Assembly (NCBI GenBank): GCA_964016885.1
Contig: OZ024746.1
Span: 10,788,001-10,852,000 of the forward strand
Length of the DNA stretch: 64,000 bases
Direction of reading: 5' to 3'
From: Eledone cirrhosa
Taxonomy: Eukaryota
The notes beneath the pieces were generated by a model that saw only the letters and a program-made list of their open reading frames with translations, was not told the DNA's origin and did no database searches. Position 1 is the first letter of the stretch. Every line of letters starts with the position of its first letter. The position numbers and the translations under genes are program-made. Below, piece after piece: positions 1-14,162 of the stretch.

Positions 1-92
1 GGTGTCGCAAAATACATACTTCAACAGCATTCTGATAAATATTGCCTCTACAGGTAATTAAAGTGTGTATCATTTTTTGGGGACACCCTGTA
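1..92. mobile_element. Right end (TIR) of a Tc1/mariner-type DNA transposon or MITE
   Basis: Ends ...TTAAAGTGTGTATCATTTTTTGGGGACACCCTG|TA. The reverse complement TA-CAGGGTGTCCCCAAAAAA is a typical Tc1/mariner TIR start with a TA target site. The other end lies outside the window. Confidence 0.6.
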
Positions 93-193
93 CACACACA
101 CACACACTCACACACAGATACACAGATACACACACACACACTCACACACAGGTACACAGATACACACACACACAGATACACACACACATATAC

Positions 194-290
<97 letters not shown>

Positions 291-360
291 AAAGCGAAGT
301 ATTATTGGTGACGATGAGCTAATTGGGAACGCCTAAACGTGTGTATATATTTTTATATGC

Positions 361-435
<75 letters not shown>

Positions 436-533
436 AAAAAGTTATGAAATGAAAGGAGCTGTGTGGCAAAGATGAGGAGAGGGGGAGAGGGGGGGGGAGT
501 AGGAAAGGAATGGAAGAAAAAAGTGTACAGATC

Positions 534-1097
<564 letters not shown>

Positions 1098-1130
1098 AGC
1101 ACTCAAACACACACACACACACACTCACTT

Positions 1131-1175
<45 letters not shown>

Positions 1176-1481
1176 GATGGACTCTGGCATCGATTTCACT
1201 GTTTGTATGTACCAGTTGTTCGATCAACGGAACTATCAACTGATTGAATTATCGTAGAATTCATTCTGTATTCCCCTGGCATTTGTTCCCTTAACGCAGT
1301 CTTCGGGCAGATTCACTGAGACAGTGTCACAAGCTTATATGTGTGTGTATCTACAGGTAGTTAGATAGATTGACAAATATATATATATATACAGACATAT
1401 ATATATACATACATATATATATACATACATATATATATACATACATATATATATACATACATATATATATATATACGTATA

Positions 1482-1546
<65 letters not shown>

Positions 1547-1631
1547 CAGGAGGCTGGACTGGTGTAAATCCTTGAAAGGTTTATTATACTATGATCATTT
1601 CAATGACCGGGTTCCATATATATATATATAT

Positions 1632-1828
1632 AAGTTATTCCGGGTTGAATCGAAGGTAACCACAGTAAGTAAGGTACTCAATACATAGCAGAGTATAAAA
1701 GTTTTAATATAGAAGAGCTTCTACAGGACTAGAACTGTTTCATTCGTGAGAAATCATCGGGAAGCGCCTGATGATTTCTCACGAATGAAACAGTTCTAGT
1801 CCTGTAGAAGCTCTTCTATATTAAAACT

Positions 1829-1829
<1 letters not shown>
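1632..1829. mobile_element. PLE pLTR remnant forming a 131-bp near-perfect palindrome containing HHR cores
   Basis: Arms 1699-1761 / 1767-1829 with a 5-nt loop. The right arm has CTGATGA...GAAA-CAG..CTG-TA. Flanked by (TA)n. Same family as 17326-17397. Confidence 0.75.
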
Positions 1830-1875
<46 letters not shown>

Positions 1876-2048
1876 GAAGAGAGAGAAAGTGAGCTGCTGA
1901 GATTTATATATTAGTATATTTATGATAGGAAAATATATATGTGATTAATGCAATGCTTTGTTGAAAGTTTGTAGTCTGATACATTTCCATTCATGTCTCG
2001 GTAATGCTACTGCGCTAACAGCATTTACCTGCAGACTCTCTCGCACAG

Positions 2049-2103
<55 letters not shown>

Positions 2104-4139
2104 CACACACACACACACGCACACACGCACACACACATATACGCACGCACACACACATACACACAAACACAAACACCCACACTCACATATATATAAATAT
2201 ATATAATCATATAAAGTTCATTCCGCCTTTCCTATCATCTTTCACTCTCTTTAAATCTCTTTATCCTTCTATGCTCTCCACTATCTTTTCCCCTTCTTAC
2301 TCCGTCCTTCCGCTTTCTCCACCTTTCCGCCTACTTTGTCCTCTTTATTCCTCTTTAGTCAATCAGTCCCTCTTCCCTCCCTTTCATCCTCGTCTAACAT
2401 CTTTTTTCTCATTTTCTTTCTTGTATCCACTCCATTCGCCCTCTTTATACGTCTTTAGCCCACTCCTTCTCATTCTCCCAATTCCTCATAAGTAGCAGGA
2501 TCTTGAAGACAACCTCTTGTTGCCAACCTCATGAGAGGTGAAATTGATGCCGTGTATATTCCATTTACAATGCTGCAAGTCACTGATTGCAAGAAAGAAA
2601 TGTGCAAGGAAAACATTCCAAAAGGTCTATCATTCAGAGGAAGTAAGACTAAATAGTGGATAGTGGTTAATGTAAGGCCGAAATAGTTGCCTAGATGTTC
2701 CCTTGTCATGCTTGCCATCGTTGAGGTAGTGAACTAGGGATTAACCAGCGGTGCAATTATTCAGAAAACACGTGATATGAAACTTGAAAATAATAAATAT
2801 ATAAATATATAAATAAATAAGACAATAAAGATCAATTGCATAATTTAAATGAAATTCACATAGAAATCTTCAACTTCTCTCACTTGACAAAATTTATTCC
2901 TTTCTTCTGCTTAATACAAGGCTAATATTTGTAGGGATGGATTATAATCAATTTATCGCCCTAATATACTATTGACAAATTGAAACATGATGAAATTGCA
3001 TAGAACGTCACATAACATAACAGTTGAATATAATACTAGCAAACATATTGAATATTTCCAACATATTAATATTGTCAGGTGGAATTGCAGTTGTCGTACT
3101 GCCTTGTCGAAGATAGCATAACACCATTACTAACAAGCAAATCGACGGACGAGAGAATAAGTTGCTGCAAACTGTCACTGAGACGTAAATATTTGAGATT
3201 ATAATCTCAAATAGAATTATTTGGCAGCAAGACATATTAATGTTTTCGGCATTAAGTATACTTTGACATATTTCATTGTTATTGCTGTTGTCGATTAACC
3301 CTATCAAGCAAACATTCATTGAATAGCATTCCAACCATGTCCATCATGTTCTATTATATATACGAGTTTATGACTGCATTGTGTAATATATTCGGGGAAA
3401 GATTAGAACGACCACCTAGGTGTGACCTCGCTGGTTTATATGCTGAACTGTTTAACATATTACTGCTATTACTATAGTGACCATGATCACATCTAAAATA
3501 CTACCGACAGTATCTCACTATCCTCAGTCAAATAAAATAGCTTGTCTGGAATACGACTCTCGTAGCCATCTTTGTGAAGTTTGGGTTAACATAATAAATA
3601 CTGGTAGTATTGAAAAAAGAAAAGAAGAAATAATTATGCACCGAGAAAAATATATATTGGTCAATGGTTAATATTATATTAATATATGAGAGACAGCTCC
3701 AGACTTGGTTTTCATCAACGAAGTATTACCGTCATAAAACTTGCCGAAGTAATGATAGAAGAATGTCTAATGGTACAAAACTGTACAAACAATTGCTGCG
3801 GATAAACACGTAGAAACCTCAACAGTGCACTATTTTCTTTTATAGTAAAAAAAAGTAGTAACTAAGTCTTCAATATATTTCGTATCAGGTTAATCCATGA
3901 ACAATAAATCTGTGATATATTGTGGTTAGTGTGTAAATGATTGTATGATCTATTACTATTATAAGATTAAATGTGATCGTGTGGATGACATGCATATTAT
4001 TCTCTACCTGAAGACTTTACTTATATGAAGTGCTATCTAGAGAAAGAGAGACAGACGGGTATATATATCGCTCCTCTAGTTATTAGTTCAACATAAAGGA
4101 CTTTAACTCCACTTTGCAAACAAACAAAATGCTCTTCAG

Positions 4140-4750
4140 TAGTAAAGTTGCTTAGAGCCGTGAAAAGTACCTTTTTTCAGTAGAATATTGTTTTTTGTCC
4201 ATTGGATAACAGCAATTAGATCTGACTGGAGTGATTTCCAGTCTCCCACTCCATTAATTGTCTTATGGAGCTTGGAATCATCTGCGAAGATTCTTACTGT
4301 ACTTGATGACGTCTATAATGTCATTGATGCAAATAATTGTTTCTACTATTGGCACAAGGCCAGCAATTACCCAGTGCATTACTGGTACTTTATTTTATGA
4401 ACCCCGTAAGGATGAAAGGCAAAGTTAACCTCGGCGCAATTTGAACTCAGATCATACAGGGAGGTAACTCTATGCTTCAAAGCATGGCGTCCGACCCTCT
4501 ACCGATACTGCCAAATGCAAATAATGAAGAGACGTGTGTCTTGCGGGACCCCACAAGTGACTTTCACTGAACTTAATCGTATCCCTTCGACCACAAACTA
4601 CTGGGATCTGTTCTTCAGGAAACACTTAACCTAATAGAGTAGCTGTCCACAGATTACAATGTTGGATAGTTTAATTAACAGGATGCTGTGATCAACCATG
4701 TCAAAGGTCTTGCTGAAATCAAGGTATATAACGTCAGATTTGGCGCCCTA
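4140..4750 (-). mobile_element. CR1/L2-like LINE reverse transcriptase fragment, interrupted by a SINE
   Basis: Minus strand reads DVIYLDFSKTFDMVDH, GVPQ, IICINDI and IFADDSKL, with frameshifts. Confidence 0.8.
4338..4514 (-). mobile_element. tRNA-derived SINE with 11-bp TSD
   Basis: A-box (TGGCAGTATCGG), B-box-like GAGTTCAAATTG, core GCCTTTCATCCTTACGGGG. TSD ATGCAAATAAT at 4327-4337 and 4515-4525. Confidence 0.9.
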
Positions 4751-4753
4751 GAC

Positions 4754-4789
<36 letters not shown>

Positions 4790-4918
4790 ACTATAGACAC
4801 ATATAAAATATATATATTTTATATATATAGTTGTTTCCATATATATATATAACTATAGATACATATACACATTTATTTGTACGTATACATACACATCTAT
4901 ATATTTCACACACACACA

Positions 4919-5016
<98 letters not shown>

Positions 5017-5479
5017 ATGTTTACAAACATATATATCTGTGTATTTGTGCCTGTTTGTATGTTTATGGGAACAATTTATGTGCTTCTGAACAGGAAATAG
5101 AATAATGTTTTTTTCTTTCGAATCACATAAATGAAGTAAATAATTCGTATAAAATATGTGTATATATGGGTGCGTACATGTATGTGTATATCTATATATA
5201 TACACGTGTATATGTGTGTGTGTAGGTGTGTGTATAAGTAATGCATGTGTATGTGTACATATACGCTCATATACGCTCATATACTTATATTCATAACAAG
5301 ATGTTTTCTTCAATTTTCCTAATCAGAAACAATAAAATATATGTTGATTCCGGTTGAACAACTCATAAATCACATGCGCATGCGTACGCATTGACATGTA
5401 GTAAATACATACTTACATACATGTACACACAAATATACATACACACACACCCGCACTCATACTTACACATATATAGAAG

Positions 5480-5660
5480 CACACATAGATATAAATTACA
5501 CACACACACATAGATATAAATTACACACACACACACACATAGATATAAATTACACACACACACATAGATATAAATTACACACACACACATAGATATAAAT
5601 TACATACACACACATAGATATAAATTACACACACACATTAGACATAAATCACACACACAC
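5480..5660. repeat. Minisatellite ACACATAGATATAAATT(AC)n, ~6-7 copies
   Basis: Visible directly as tandem units. Confidence 0.85.
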
Positions 5661-5899
5661 GTACAGATAGAAACAGTTAAGAAATTACTATTCTTGTCGG
5701 AATGCTTTTGAAATAGTCATTAAAGAGAAAAATGTTATTTTTCTCGTGGTGTCGGAAGTAGGGTGTGACTTAGTAAGTCTTTATTTGATATTCCAGTCAG
5801 TTAAATTTTAGTTTTTTCTTCTTCTCAATAAACCCAAAAAATCATTAATATTCGCTACATCTAAATGCATATCTTCTAAAATTTGTTTATGTATGTATG

Positions 5900-6315
5900 T
5901 TTTCTCTTTCTCTTAATTTCGAGTATATTTTTTTGACCGGCCACCTTCCTGGTGGCAAGGTTGTAAAAGAAAAGAAATTGTCATCCCTTGAATCGCAAGA
6001 ATGTTTTGCAAATTTTGAAGGTGCCAGCTATCGCAGCCATTTGCAGACTATGAATTAGGGAGCCGCGCTTTTTGTCCGCAAATCCAAGTTCAGTCATACT
6101 TTGGTCCAAGCGGGTTGGTATATAACCCGTAGCACCAATAATGATGGGTATGAAGCTAAAGGTGTATCTTGGATACTGGATTTGTAAACTCCTCATCAAT
6201 GGTCCGTAGATGTCCTCCTTCTCCTGTATTTTTCTGACAACGTTTACATCAAGTGGGCAGCTGATCTCCACAACAGAACACTTTTTCAATGTGTGGTCCC
6301 AAACTACAATATCAT
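5900..6315 (-). mobile_element. 3' fragment of an RLE-type (R4-like) LINE inserted in (CATA)n, family A
   Basis: ORF 5981..6373 contains DIVVWD...VVEISCPLD...K...Y...FIPIIIGATG...KICKTFLRF*, the restriction-like endonuclease C-terminus. (TATG)n lies on both sides. Confidence 0.85.
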
Positions 6316-6363
6316 GTATGTATGTATGTATGTATGTATGTATGTATGTATGTATGTATGTAT

Positions 6364-6937
6364 CCCAGTACAACCTGTCTCATGGTCGGGTCGTTGGCGA
6401 CTAAACTGGCAACCCCACCAAGGATTCTTGGTGAGGAGGGTGACTTTGGACATCCTGCAGGACTAAAAACAAAACCTGTCAAAGGGCAAAGGAGCTCTTA
6501 AGAGTCAATGGCCATCCAAAATCACTGGGAGAGATGACCCCTTAGCCTTTGTTAAGGCAGAATTCTAGGAGAAGGAAAACTCTGATATAACACCTGCAAC
6601 CCTGATGGTATCCAATGATGTTGACTTGTTCTTCTTTTTGGTAAATATCATCTTGGTTAAGAGAGTGGGACTGGCTTTGTGCAGTGCCTTTGCTCACTAT
6701 AAAAGCTTCACGGCACAGGCATTGCTTTGTATCTGGAGATCTCTCTGCACTTGCCGTCACATGGTACCATGGGCCCAGCACTATGTGTCAATAATTGTCA
6801 CAAGTGTAGTGTTTGTACCAGAGTTTTCAAGTCGCTGGCTGGACTAAAAAGTCACACTCGTTCAGCGCATGGGTAGGGGTTCTCCTACATGGATATAAAG
6901 TAGTGGCCGTACTCGAAAACGAGTTGGCAGCCACCAT
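6364..6937 (+). mobile_element. Non-autonomous bipartite RTE-derived element (5'UTR-like segment fused to 3' end)
   Basis: 5' part has TAGGAGAAGGAAAACTCTGA, an RTE-like 5'UTR motif (from recall). 3' part encodes a C2H2 remnant, CSVCTRVFKSLAGLKSHTRSAH*, and ends in a CTCG-AAAA-CGAG hairpin. Near-identical copy at 26126-26491. Confidence 0.6.
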
Positions 6938-7055
6938 GTATGTATGTATGTATGTATGTATGTATGTATGTATGTATGTATGTATGTATGTATGCATGCA
7001 TGCATGTATGTATGTGTATGTATGTATGTATGTATGTATGTATGTTTGTATGTAG

Positions 7056-7320
7056 GTTCTTCTGGTTTTATAATTTCACAAATTTTTTCCCAATAGAGAG
7101 AGTCGGTTTCTAACATAGACAGAAGACTCTCTCACTGGAATTTACAGAACATCAACTAGGTAGATTATGTATGCATGCATGTGTAGATATGGATGTTATT
7201 GTATGTGTGGATGTGTATGTTTTGAGTTGTATGTGTGCATGTGTATATGCTTTGCATCTGTACATGTGTATATGCAGTTATTAGATGCAAAATTTCTGGA
7301 ATGTTTTACATATTTTTGAA
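7056..7320 (-). mobile_element. 3' end of RLE LINE family B in (CATA)n
   Basis: Closely matches 45538-45805 (3'UTR and ORF end). Abuts (TATG)n. Confidence 0.85.
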
Positions 7321-8269
7321 GTTAAAAGAAAAAAAAAAAGGGGTAATGTGGAACATGATACGGTAATGGGGAAGAAAAAATAATATACAGGTATAGTTCT
7401 TGAAGATAAGCAGTTCAAAATGTGATATTATGGCAAGAGTGCTGAGTTGATCCATGATGGAGGCAAATGGTAGTCTGGGGTTTGATATGCTATCAAACGT
7501 TCTATACTCAGATGATACTGATACGTCATTAAACGTAGTTAATTAGTCATATATTTCCCCCAGCAACCCACTGCAACTACGGACTTGAAGTTAAGTCTAA
7601 ATTTAATCTAGTTTTGTTCGTATCTCCATAGTGTTACTCGGGAGAGAGAATGGTGTTATTGAGTGATTTCCCTTGTTACATTTATTAGCAGTTATGTGAA
7701 AATTGGGCTTACATGACCCAAATTAATTTATGCTGTAAATCTGTTCAGGTTTAGATTATATTGCTGTTAACTTGCAATGATTATGTTTCGATGGGTAAAT
7801 CTAATCAAGAGATGACATTTATTAGGGATAAAATTAAGTTAACCTATATTAGATGAAATACAGTTGATAAATCCAACAGCATCATGACTGAAAATAATTA
7901 TAATAGTAATGAAAAACTAACATAATATAGGAAATGATAACATTGCTGAACGGGAAATGGAAATGCGAAGAGGAAATGTAAAATATGCCAACACTCTACA
8001 AATCATAAATATAGTAAAAAATATAAAATTATAAGAAATTTAAAATTATGAAATCACATGATAAAATAGATATCCGGAATATAGATGTATAGTTCGATAC
8101 ATTAATATCGGGTTATATGTAAGTGAATAAATCGTTATATTTTTATTATACAGAGCATATAAATAAATTTACAGTAGAATAACATAACAATATGTTTTAA
8201 ATATATACATAAATAACATTACAAATGCTTAGATAACATTATAAATTGCTCGCGATTCTTTCAGAAAGA

Positions 8270-8685
8270 TATATTCTTTTAATGTTACAATATTAAAGAA
8301 AATGTAAAAGAAGGGGTAAACAACGGAGCCAACACGAGAGCAAAAGACAGCAACGTCGCGAGGAGTACTCTTATGATAGCCAGCACACTCGCAGCGTTGC
8401 CTCGGGTGATGGCGAGGCTGATGCGCTGAAACAGCCAAGCACCCTCGCGAGATTCACCAGTCACCTCTATTAGGTGAGCCGCCAGTGAAGAGAGGAACCT
8501 CGCAGTCAGCGGCCCGACTCCCCCAAACGTCTCGAAAGCCACAGACTGAAAAATGTAGCTGGCCGCCGACAGATCACAGTATTTGAGGGTCTCACTCTGC
8601 TCGGCTGCAGAAGCTGTGGCTCTCGTCCTAATCGCAGCATCCAGGATGTGGGAAAGAGCAAAAGAGTCACTAACAGTGACGTGCC
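8270..8685 (-). mobile_element. CRE-like non-LTR retrotransposon, RLE C-terminal fragment
   Basis: AFETFGGVG...TGESREGAWLFQRISLAITRGNAASVL motif, with DVTVSD upstream in a shifted frame. GC-rich island in AT-rich DNA. Confidence 0.7.
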
Positions 8686-8777
8686 GTTATTTATATGTAA
8701 ATTCAAAGCCAAATAATAAATAATAGGTTGATTAGTTTACTGATATAGGGAGTTAGAATAGCAAGGTGAATGTATAG

Positions 8778-8985
8778 AATAATGGTTCCTGATTTAAGAA
8801 CAAGGCCAACAATTTTTGGGGATGGGGAAAGCCGATTAAATCGACCTCAGTGCATTACTGTACTTCATTTTATCGACCCCGTAAGGCAAAGCTAACCTCG
8901 GCGGGATTTGAACTCAGAACATAAAGGGCCGTAACTCTATGCTGTGAAGCAAGGTGTGCAGCGCTTTACCTATACTGCCAATTCA
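8778..8985 (-). mobile_element. tRNA-derived SINE (diverged)
   Basis: Shares TTTATCGACCCCGTAAGG and CTCGGCGGGATTTGAACTCAG with the other copies. Confidence 0.85.
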
Positions 8986-10657
8986 TTTGTATAAAACAAT
9001 ATGTGCAGTTTTCTATTGGAATGCGCAAGTTAAGTAATGTCAGTGGTCTTTCTGCTTTAAATTGTATTTAGTTCAAGCTGCTACGGTTTCAGGTATATTA
9101 GTCCACCAATTTGAGCTACTAGGTCTTTCATAAGCTAGTATCTAGTTAGACCTCAGTCGGCCATAGCGGTCATATTATAACTGTATCTGTTCGGATCAAA
9201 CATTCTATCTGTATGTGGTGACCTCGTATTTCATATTTAGGAGTATGTACAGGTGTTTGGGTAGCTTCTTCAATATAGAGGTCTTGTTATTTGTTTATGG
9301 TATAACACTCGTTAAGAACTTCCATTGGATATTGTATGCCTGTTGACTTTCTGACTTGATATCACCATATGTGAGTTAATATTACCGTTGATTTCCTTCG
9401 CGCTGGGTTACAGAGGAGTTTAAATGTTGGTTGCAGTGACACTTAAATATATTGTTAGTTTGGTTTTATTAGTGGAGTTTAATAAAACATCAGTAGACGA
9501 TTCCTGTATCCTAGCAAGTGCAGCGAACTGCGTAGGTATTCAGAAGCGTACAGTTACATCCAGCGTGTCAAGACATTTCAGTAGTTTATCTATTATGTTT
9601 GTTAAGTTCAACGATGTTAGATTATGTTCTGTACTGAATAAGGTGTGGAGTAATATGATAGCCTAACAGAATTGCAGTTAGATATTTTATAGTACCTATG
9701 TCGCAGGGGAAAGTGTCATCCTTTGAAGTGCTATTTGTGACTAACAAATTGGAGTCTTGGCTTTGTGGTTTTAGCGCAAAACGCGGTCATATTGGATAGT
9801 GAGTAGAACGCCATCATATCCACATTTATGGAAGTATCTAAGCATGTTGGTGTGTATGTGTGTGTGTGTGTGTGCGGATACATCTGTGTATCTTGTATTT
9901 ATGTATTTATGTGTGTATGACACACACACTCACAGTCTCACACGCCCCCTTCACACATAGAGTCTCACGCACACACATTTATACATAATTGTTTATTCAC
10001 ACATACACACTTGCATCTATGTATTTGTGAATAACTGTTTTCATTTGTGTGTGTTTATTGATCCAGAAAATTTCCTCAGCTTTTGCATCAGCGATCTTTG
10101 ACACTAAATGAACTCTGTAGTTTGAAATTTAATTGTATGATTGTTCCAGCTTTTCATTTCTTTATTCTTCTCATCAAATAACTGCTCATGGATATCATTT
10201 TTATTCTCTTTTCTCTTTGGTGCATTTCTTTATGTTCATTGTTTTATAATAACATAACAGGGAAATAATTCGTGATATTATAGATTTGAGCTTTAATTTG
10301 TTTAATTGATTTTTCCATAATATTCTGTTGTGAGAGTAGTAATCATAATTTAGATTCAATGATTAGCTACTTTGTTCTTTGCACCATGCTTGATGTATCT
10401 TATTTATGAAAAATAAATTAACAGCCGTAGTTATCTCTTTATATATATTTATGAAATCTCAAAGAAAACGAAGAAAAATGTATATTCTCACATGTTAGAT
10501 CAATATTCAATAATTTCTCAAATCATTATACCTACTACCTCCACAAAAAAGAAACAACCAATGCATAAAATATACAGAAATCTTCTAGATCTGTTTAGTA
10601 TTTACTCCATTTTATGTTTCAGAAAGATTCGAGTAAATAAAACAAGGAGAGAAAGTA

Positions 10658-11025
10658 CAGCAAATTACCCAGTGTATTACTGGTACTTTATTTTATCGAC
10701 CCTGTAAGGATGAAAGGCAAAGTTAACCTCGGCGGGATTTGAACTCATAATGGCAAGGGCCGTAACTCTATGCTGGAAAGCATGGTGTCTGACCCTCTAC
10801 TGATACTGCCAATCCACCTATTAGTTATCTAATAATAGTTTCTACTTTAGGTACAAGGCCAACAATCTGACCCTAGGGCGTTACGGGTGCTTTATTTTAT
10901 CCACCCCGTAAGAATGAAAGACAAAGCAAACCTCGGCGGGATTTGAACTCAGCACATAAAGGGCCGTAACTCTATGCAGCAAAGCATTTTTTCCGATGTT
11001 CTACCGATTCTGCCAATCCATCGCC
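10658..11025 (-). mobile_element. Two tandem tRNA-derived SINE copies (10658-10818, 10830-11025)
   Basis: Both match the SINE consensus. An imperfect TAGTTATCT..AATAATA duplication flanks the second. Confidence 0.88.
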
Positions 11026-11329
11026 CTAGTTATCTGACTAATAATAAAATCGAAGTGAAACCCCAGTTGGTACGTCTGTTTCTATTAACCCTTCCAAAGT
11101 ATAACAATGTATGTATCATGATTTCTTACGAATGAAAACAATTCTAGTCCTTTATAATAAAATGAATATGCCTATACTCTATTAAAGTATTGAGTACCTT
11201 TTTTAATTGTGGTAACCTCCCGATATACATCGGAAATCCACCTATATATACATATATATATAAATATGAAGTATTTCCGTAAGAAGGGTGAAGGAAAGGA
11301 GAGTGCTCTATGTATGCTACAGAGCTATT

Positions 11330-11534
11330 TAATTATGTAATAAACAACATAAGACAATTATTCCATTTACCAAAGGTTTCACGAAGACAGACGAGCTCAA
11401 CAGAGACGTCTGAAATCGCTCATCAGAATGAAAATTTATGATGAGCGATTTCAGACGTCTCTGTTGAGCTCGTCTGTCTTCGTGAAACCTTTGATAAATG
11501 GAATAATCGTCTTATGTTGTTTATTACATAATTA
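11330..11534. repeat. 96-bp inverted repeat (fold-back PLE end)
   Basis: 11330-11425 / 11439-11534, with few mismatches, ending in (TA)n. Confidence 0.85.
11361..11433 (-). ncRNA. Type I hammerhead ribozyme candidate with extended stem II
   Basis: TTTCATT-CTGATGA-GCGA..CAGACG..CGTCTG..TCGT-GAAA-CC-TTT-GG-TA^AATGGAA (GUA triplet). Confidence 0.7.
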
Positions 11535-11556
11535 TATATATATAAATATATAATTA

Positions 11557-11607
<51 letters not shown>

Positions 11608-11611
<4 letters not shown>

Positions 11612-11980
11612 ACATAAGTTAACCTTGGTCTTCCTCTTCTAGTGTGTCCATGTAGGGGCTCCCAAAGGAGCACTGAGTGCAATGTCAACTCTGGATGTCG
11701 GTGAACATGTCCAGCTAACCTCAGTCTCCTCTGTATCACTTTTGAGCTGACTTTTGGGATGCTCCCATACAGCTCTGAGTTTTTCATCCTCAGTGTATAC
11801 TGATTAATGTTCAGAGCCATCCTCAGCATTCTCGTGTAGCACCCATCCACCATCTGAGTGATGTTGATGCCCTAAAGACAGACACTGGTCTGTTGGAGAC
11901 GCAGGACATGGCAGCGATAATGAGGGACAGAGACCGCTGGAGAGAACTCCTCCATGAATCTCGGGAATTTTACCCGCCTT

Positions 11981-11982
<2 letters not shown>
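11608..11982. mobile_element. RTE/RTEX-like LINE 3' end with 5' inversion, in (TA)n
   Basis: Minus strand DGCYTRMLR...RRLRLAGH...LLWEP...RRGRPRLTYVD continues on the plus strand from 11861 as VDALKTDTG...RDRDRWREL...YPP*. Confidence 0.85.
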
Positions 11983-12028
<46 letters not shown>

Positions 12029-12260
12029 GTGAGTGTGTGTGTGAACTTAAAACCAGCCATAGTATTTAATTCATGCACAATTTTCCACGCTGACTGAATA
12101 CTTTATTCATCAGACATAAATTGTGGTATCGAAGTGCCAAATGAATCTTTTTGTTTTGTTTCACTCATCACTGAACTTAATTCTGAATATATAATAGGAA
12201 CACGACTGAGTCAGGAAATGTATTGTGTGTATGTTTGTGTGTTAACATACAAACATACAT

Positions 12261-12311
<51 letters not shown>

Positions 12312-12409
12312 TTAAAATGATATATATCATCATTTTACTGTATTGTTCTCCCGTATTCTTTTTCTTTGTTGAGTTTTCACACACACACACACACACAGAC
12401 ACACACACG

Positions 12410-12442
<33 letters not shown>

Positions 12443-12443
12443 G

Positions 12444-12493
<50 letters not shown>

Positions 12494-12529
12494 CGCTTAT
12501 ATTGTAACTGTATGTGGAGTGTATCGGTG

Positions 12530-12636
<107 letters not shown>

Positions 12637-13973
12637 ATTTATGTGTGTTTTGTTAGAAAGTAACTGTCTTCAAAGCACGTGCTATTGAGGGTGATTTTGT
12701 AATATATTCTATAAGTTTGTGGGAAGTTGTGATACATATTTTGTTCGGTTTTATGAGTTTTAATGACATCCATTTTGTAACTACGATGCATTTGGCTCAT
12801 GTAATACACTATAAGTATGATTTCTGCAATTTTACTGGATGATGCTACTGCTGTATCTCTATGTAAATAAATTTGTTCTGCTATTGTTCTTTAGTTTGAT
12901 CTACTAATCTATTAAGATAACTTTATTAACAAATGTTTCTTTCATTCGAAAATACATAATTATTCCAAGCTTATTTAGTAGGTGAGAATTTAAATGCTTG
13001 TTTACGAAGGGATTTGTCTACAGGTATTTTCTGTTTATGGAGTCACCTACTATCTCCATACTTGTATAGGTAATTTTTGTAGTTTTTGTATGTATTGCGG
13101 GTATATATGTATTGGTATATATTGCTGCATTTCTACCTAAGAATAGGGTGACTTTCATGGCTAAATTTATGTTCGTGCTATGTTAAATTATAAATCTTAA
13201 GATGAAATTATTTAAGAAATGTCATTTAAATATATCCGTTTGTTCTTCCGTATCTGTTATTGAAATATCCAGTAGAGATAATGTAGTTAGGTTTAGCAAT
13301 AACCTTGTTCTACGTTAGCCATAAAAGGATTGATCCAGGCATTGCGAGCATAATACGAACATGTGGTGAAACGAGAGGTCTTGACTTCACGATTATAGAT
13401 AGAGGGGAAAATCGCTTGAGCTATATTATTCCTTATAAATAAAATATGGTAAACTATACTAAGAATTTCGGTAAATGAACGACAGCAAGAGTTTCGGGGG
13501 AACTTCTTACAGCAAAACTTATGAGAGAATGGAGAAAGCAATAACGACAATTACTGTTTGCTAAAACTGGTTAACATAACCTTCATTGTCCAGTCTGTCA
13601 TTAGTCAGAATTTCAGAAGAATAAAGGTTGGGCGATGAAATGCATACAGAGAAATGCGTTTCAACCAAAATGAAAATTAATGAAATTAGGAGAATAGGAA
13701 AAGGACAATGGATTCAGTCGTTTCAAGAACCAATTGTTTGCCTTACCGGTTCATGGAAAGGCAAAGTTTATCAATATGTTAACAAATCATGGCTATCGGC
13801 CATTGCTAAACTAATTTCGTTTTCTTTCGTAATATCTTACTAATATGTGGTGTCGTATTTTCATTGTCAGTTATTCTTGTCAGAACTACTGCTTTATGTT
13901 CAATTATTCTACTAACGTGTTTAAAAAAAAAAAAAAAAATATATCTAAGTTGCTTTGATTCGCTTGTAAATTA

Positions 13974-14162
13974 TTGGCAGTATTGGTAGAGTGTCGGATG
14001 CCATGCTTTGGCGCATAGAGTTACGGCCCTTGCCATTCTGAGTTCAAATCCCGCCGAGGTTAACTTTGCCTTTCATCCTTACGGGGTCGATAAAATAAAG
14101 TACCAGTAATACACTGGGTCATTGCTGGCCTTGTGCCTAACGTAGAAACAATTATTATTATT
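13974..14162 (+). mobile_element. tRNA-derived SINE
   Basis: TGGCAGTATTGG A-box, GAGTTCAAATCC B-box, (ATT)n tail. Confidence 0.9.

Noticed and set aside
2470-2718. 82-aa non-repetitive ORF
   Set aside because: No recognisable motif; possibly a decayed TE.
13974-14060. tRNA gene (A and B boxes)
   Set aside because: No cloverleaf; it is the head of a multi-copy SINE.
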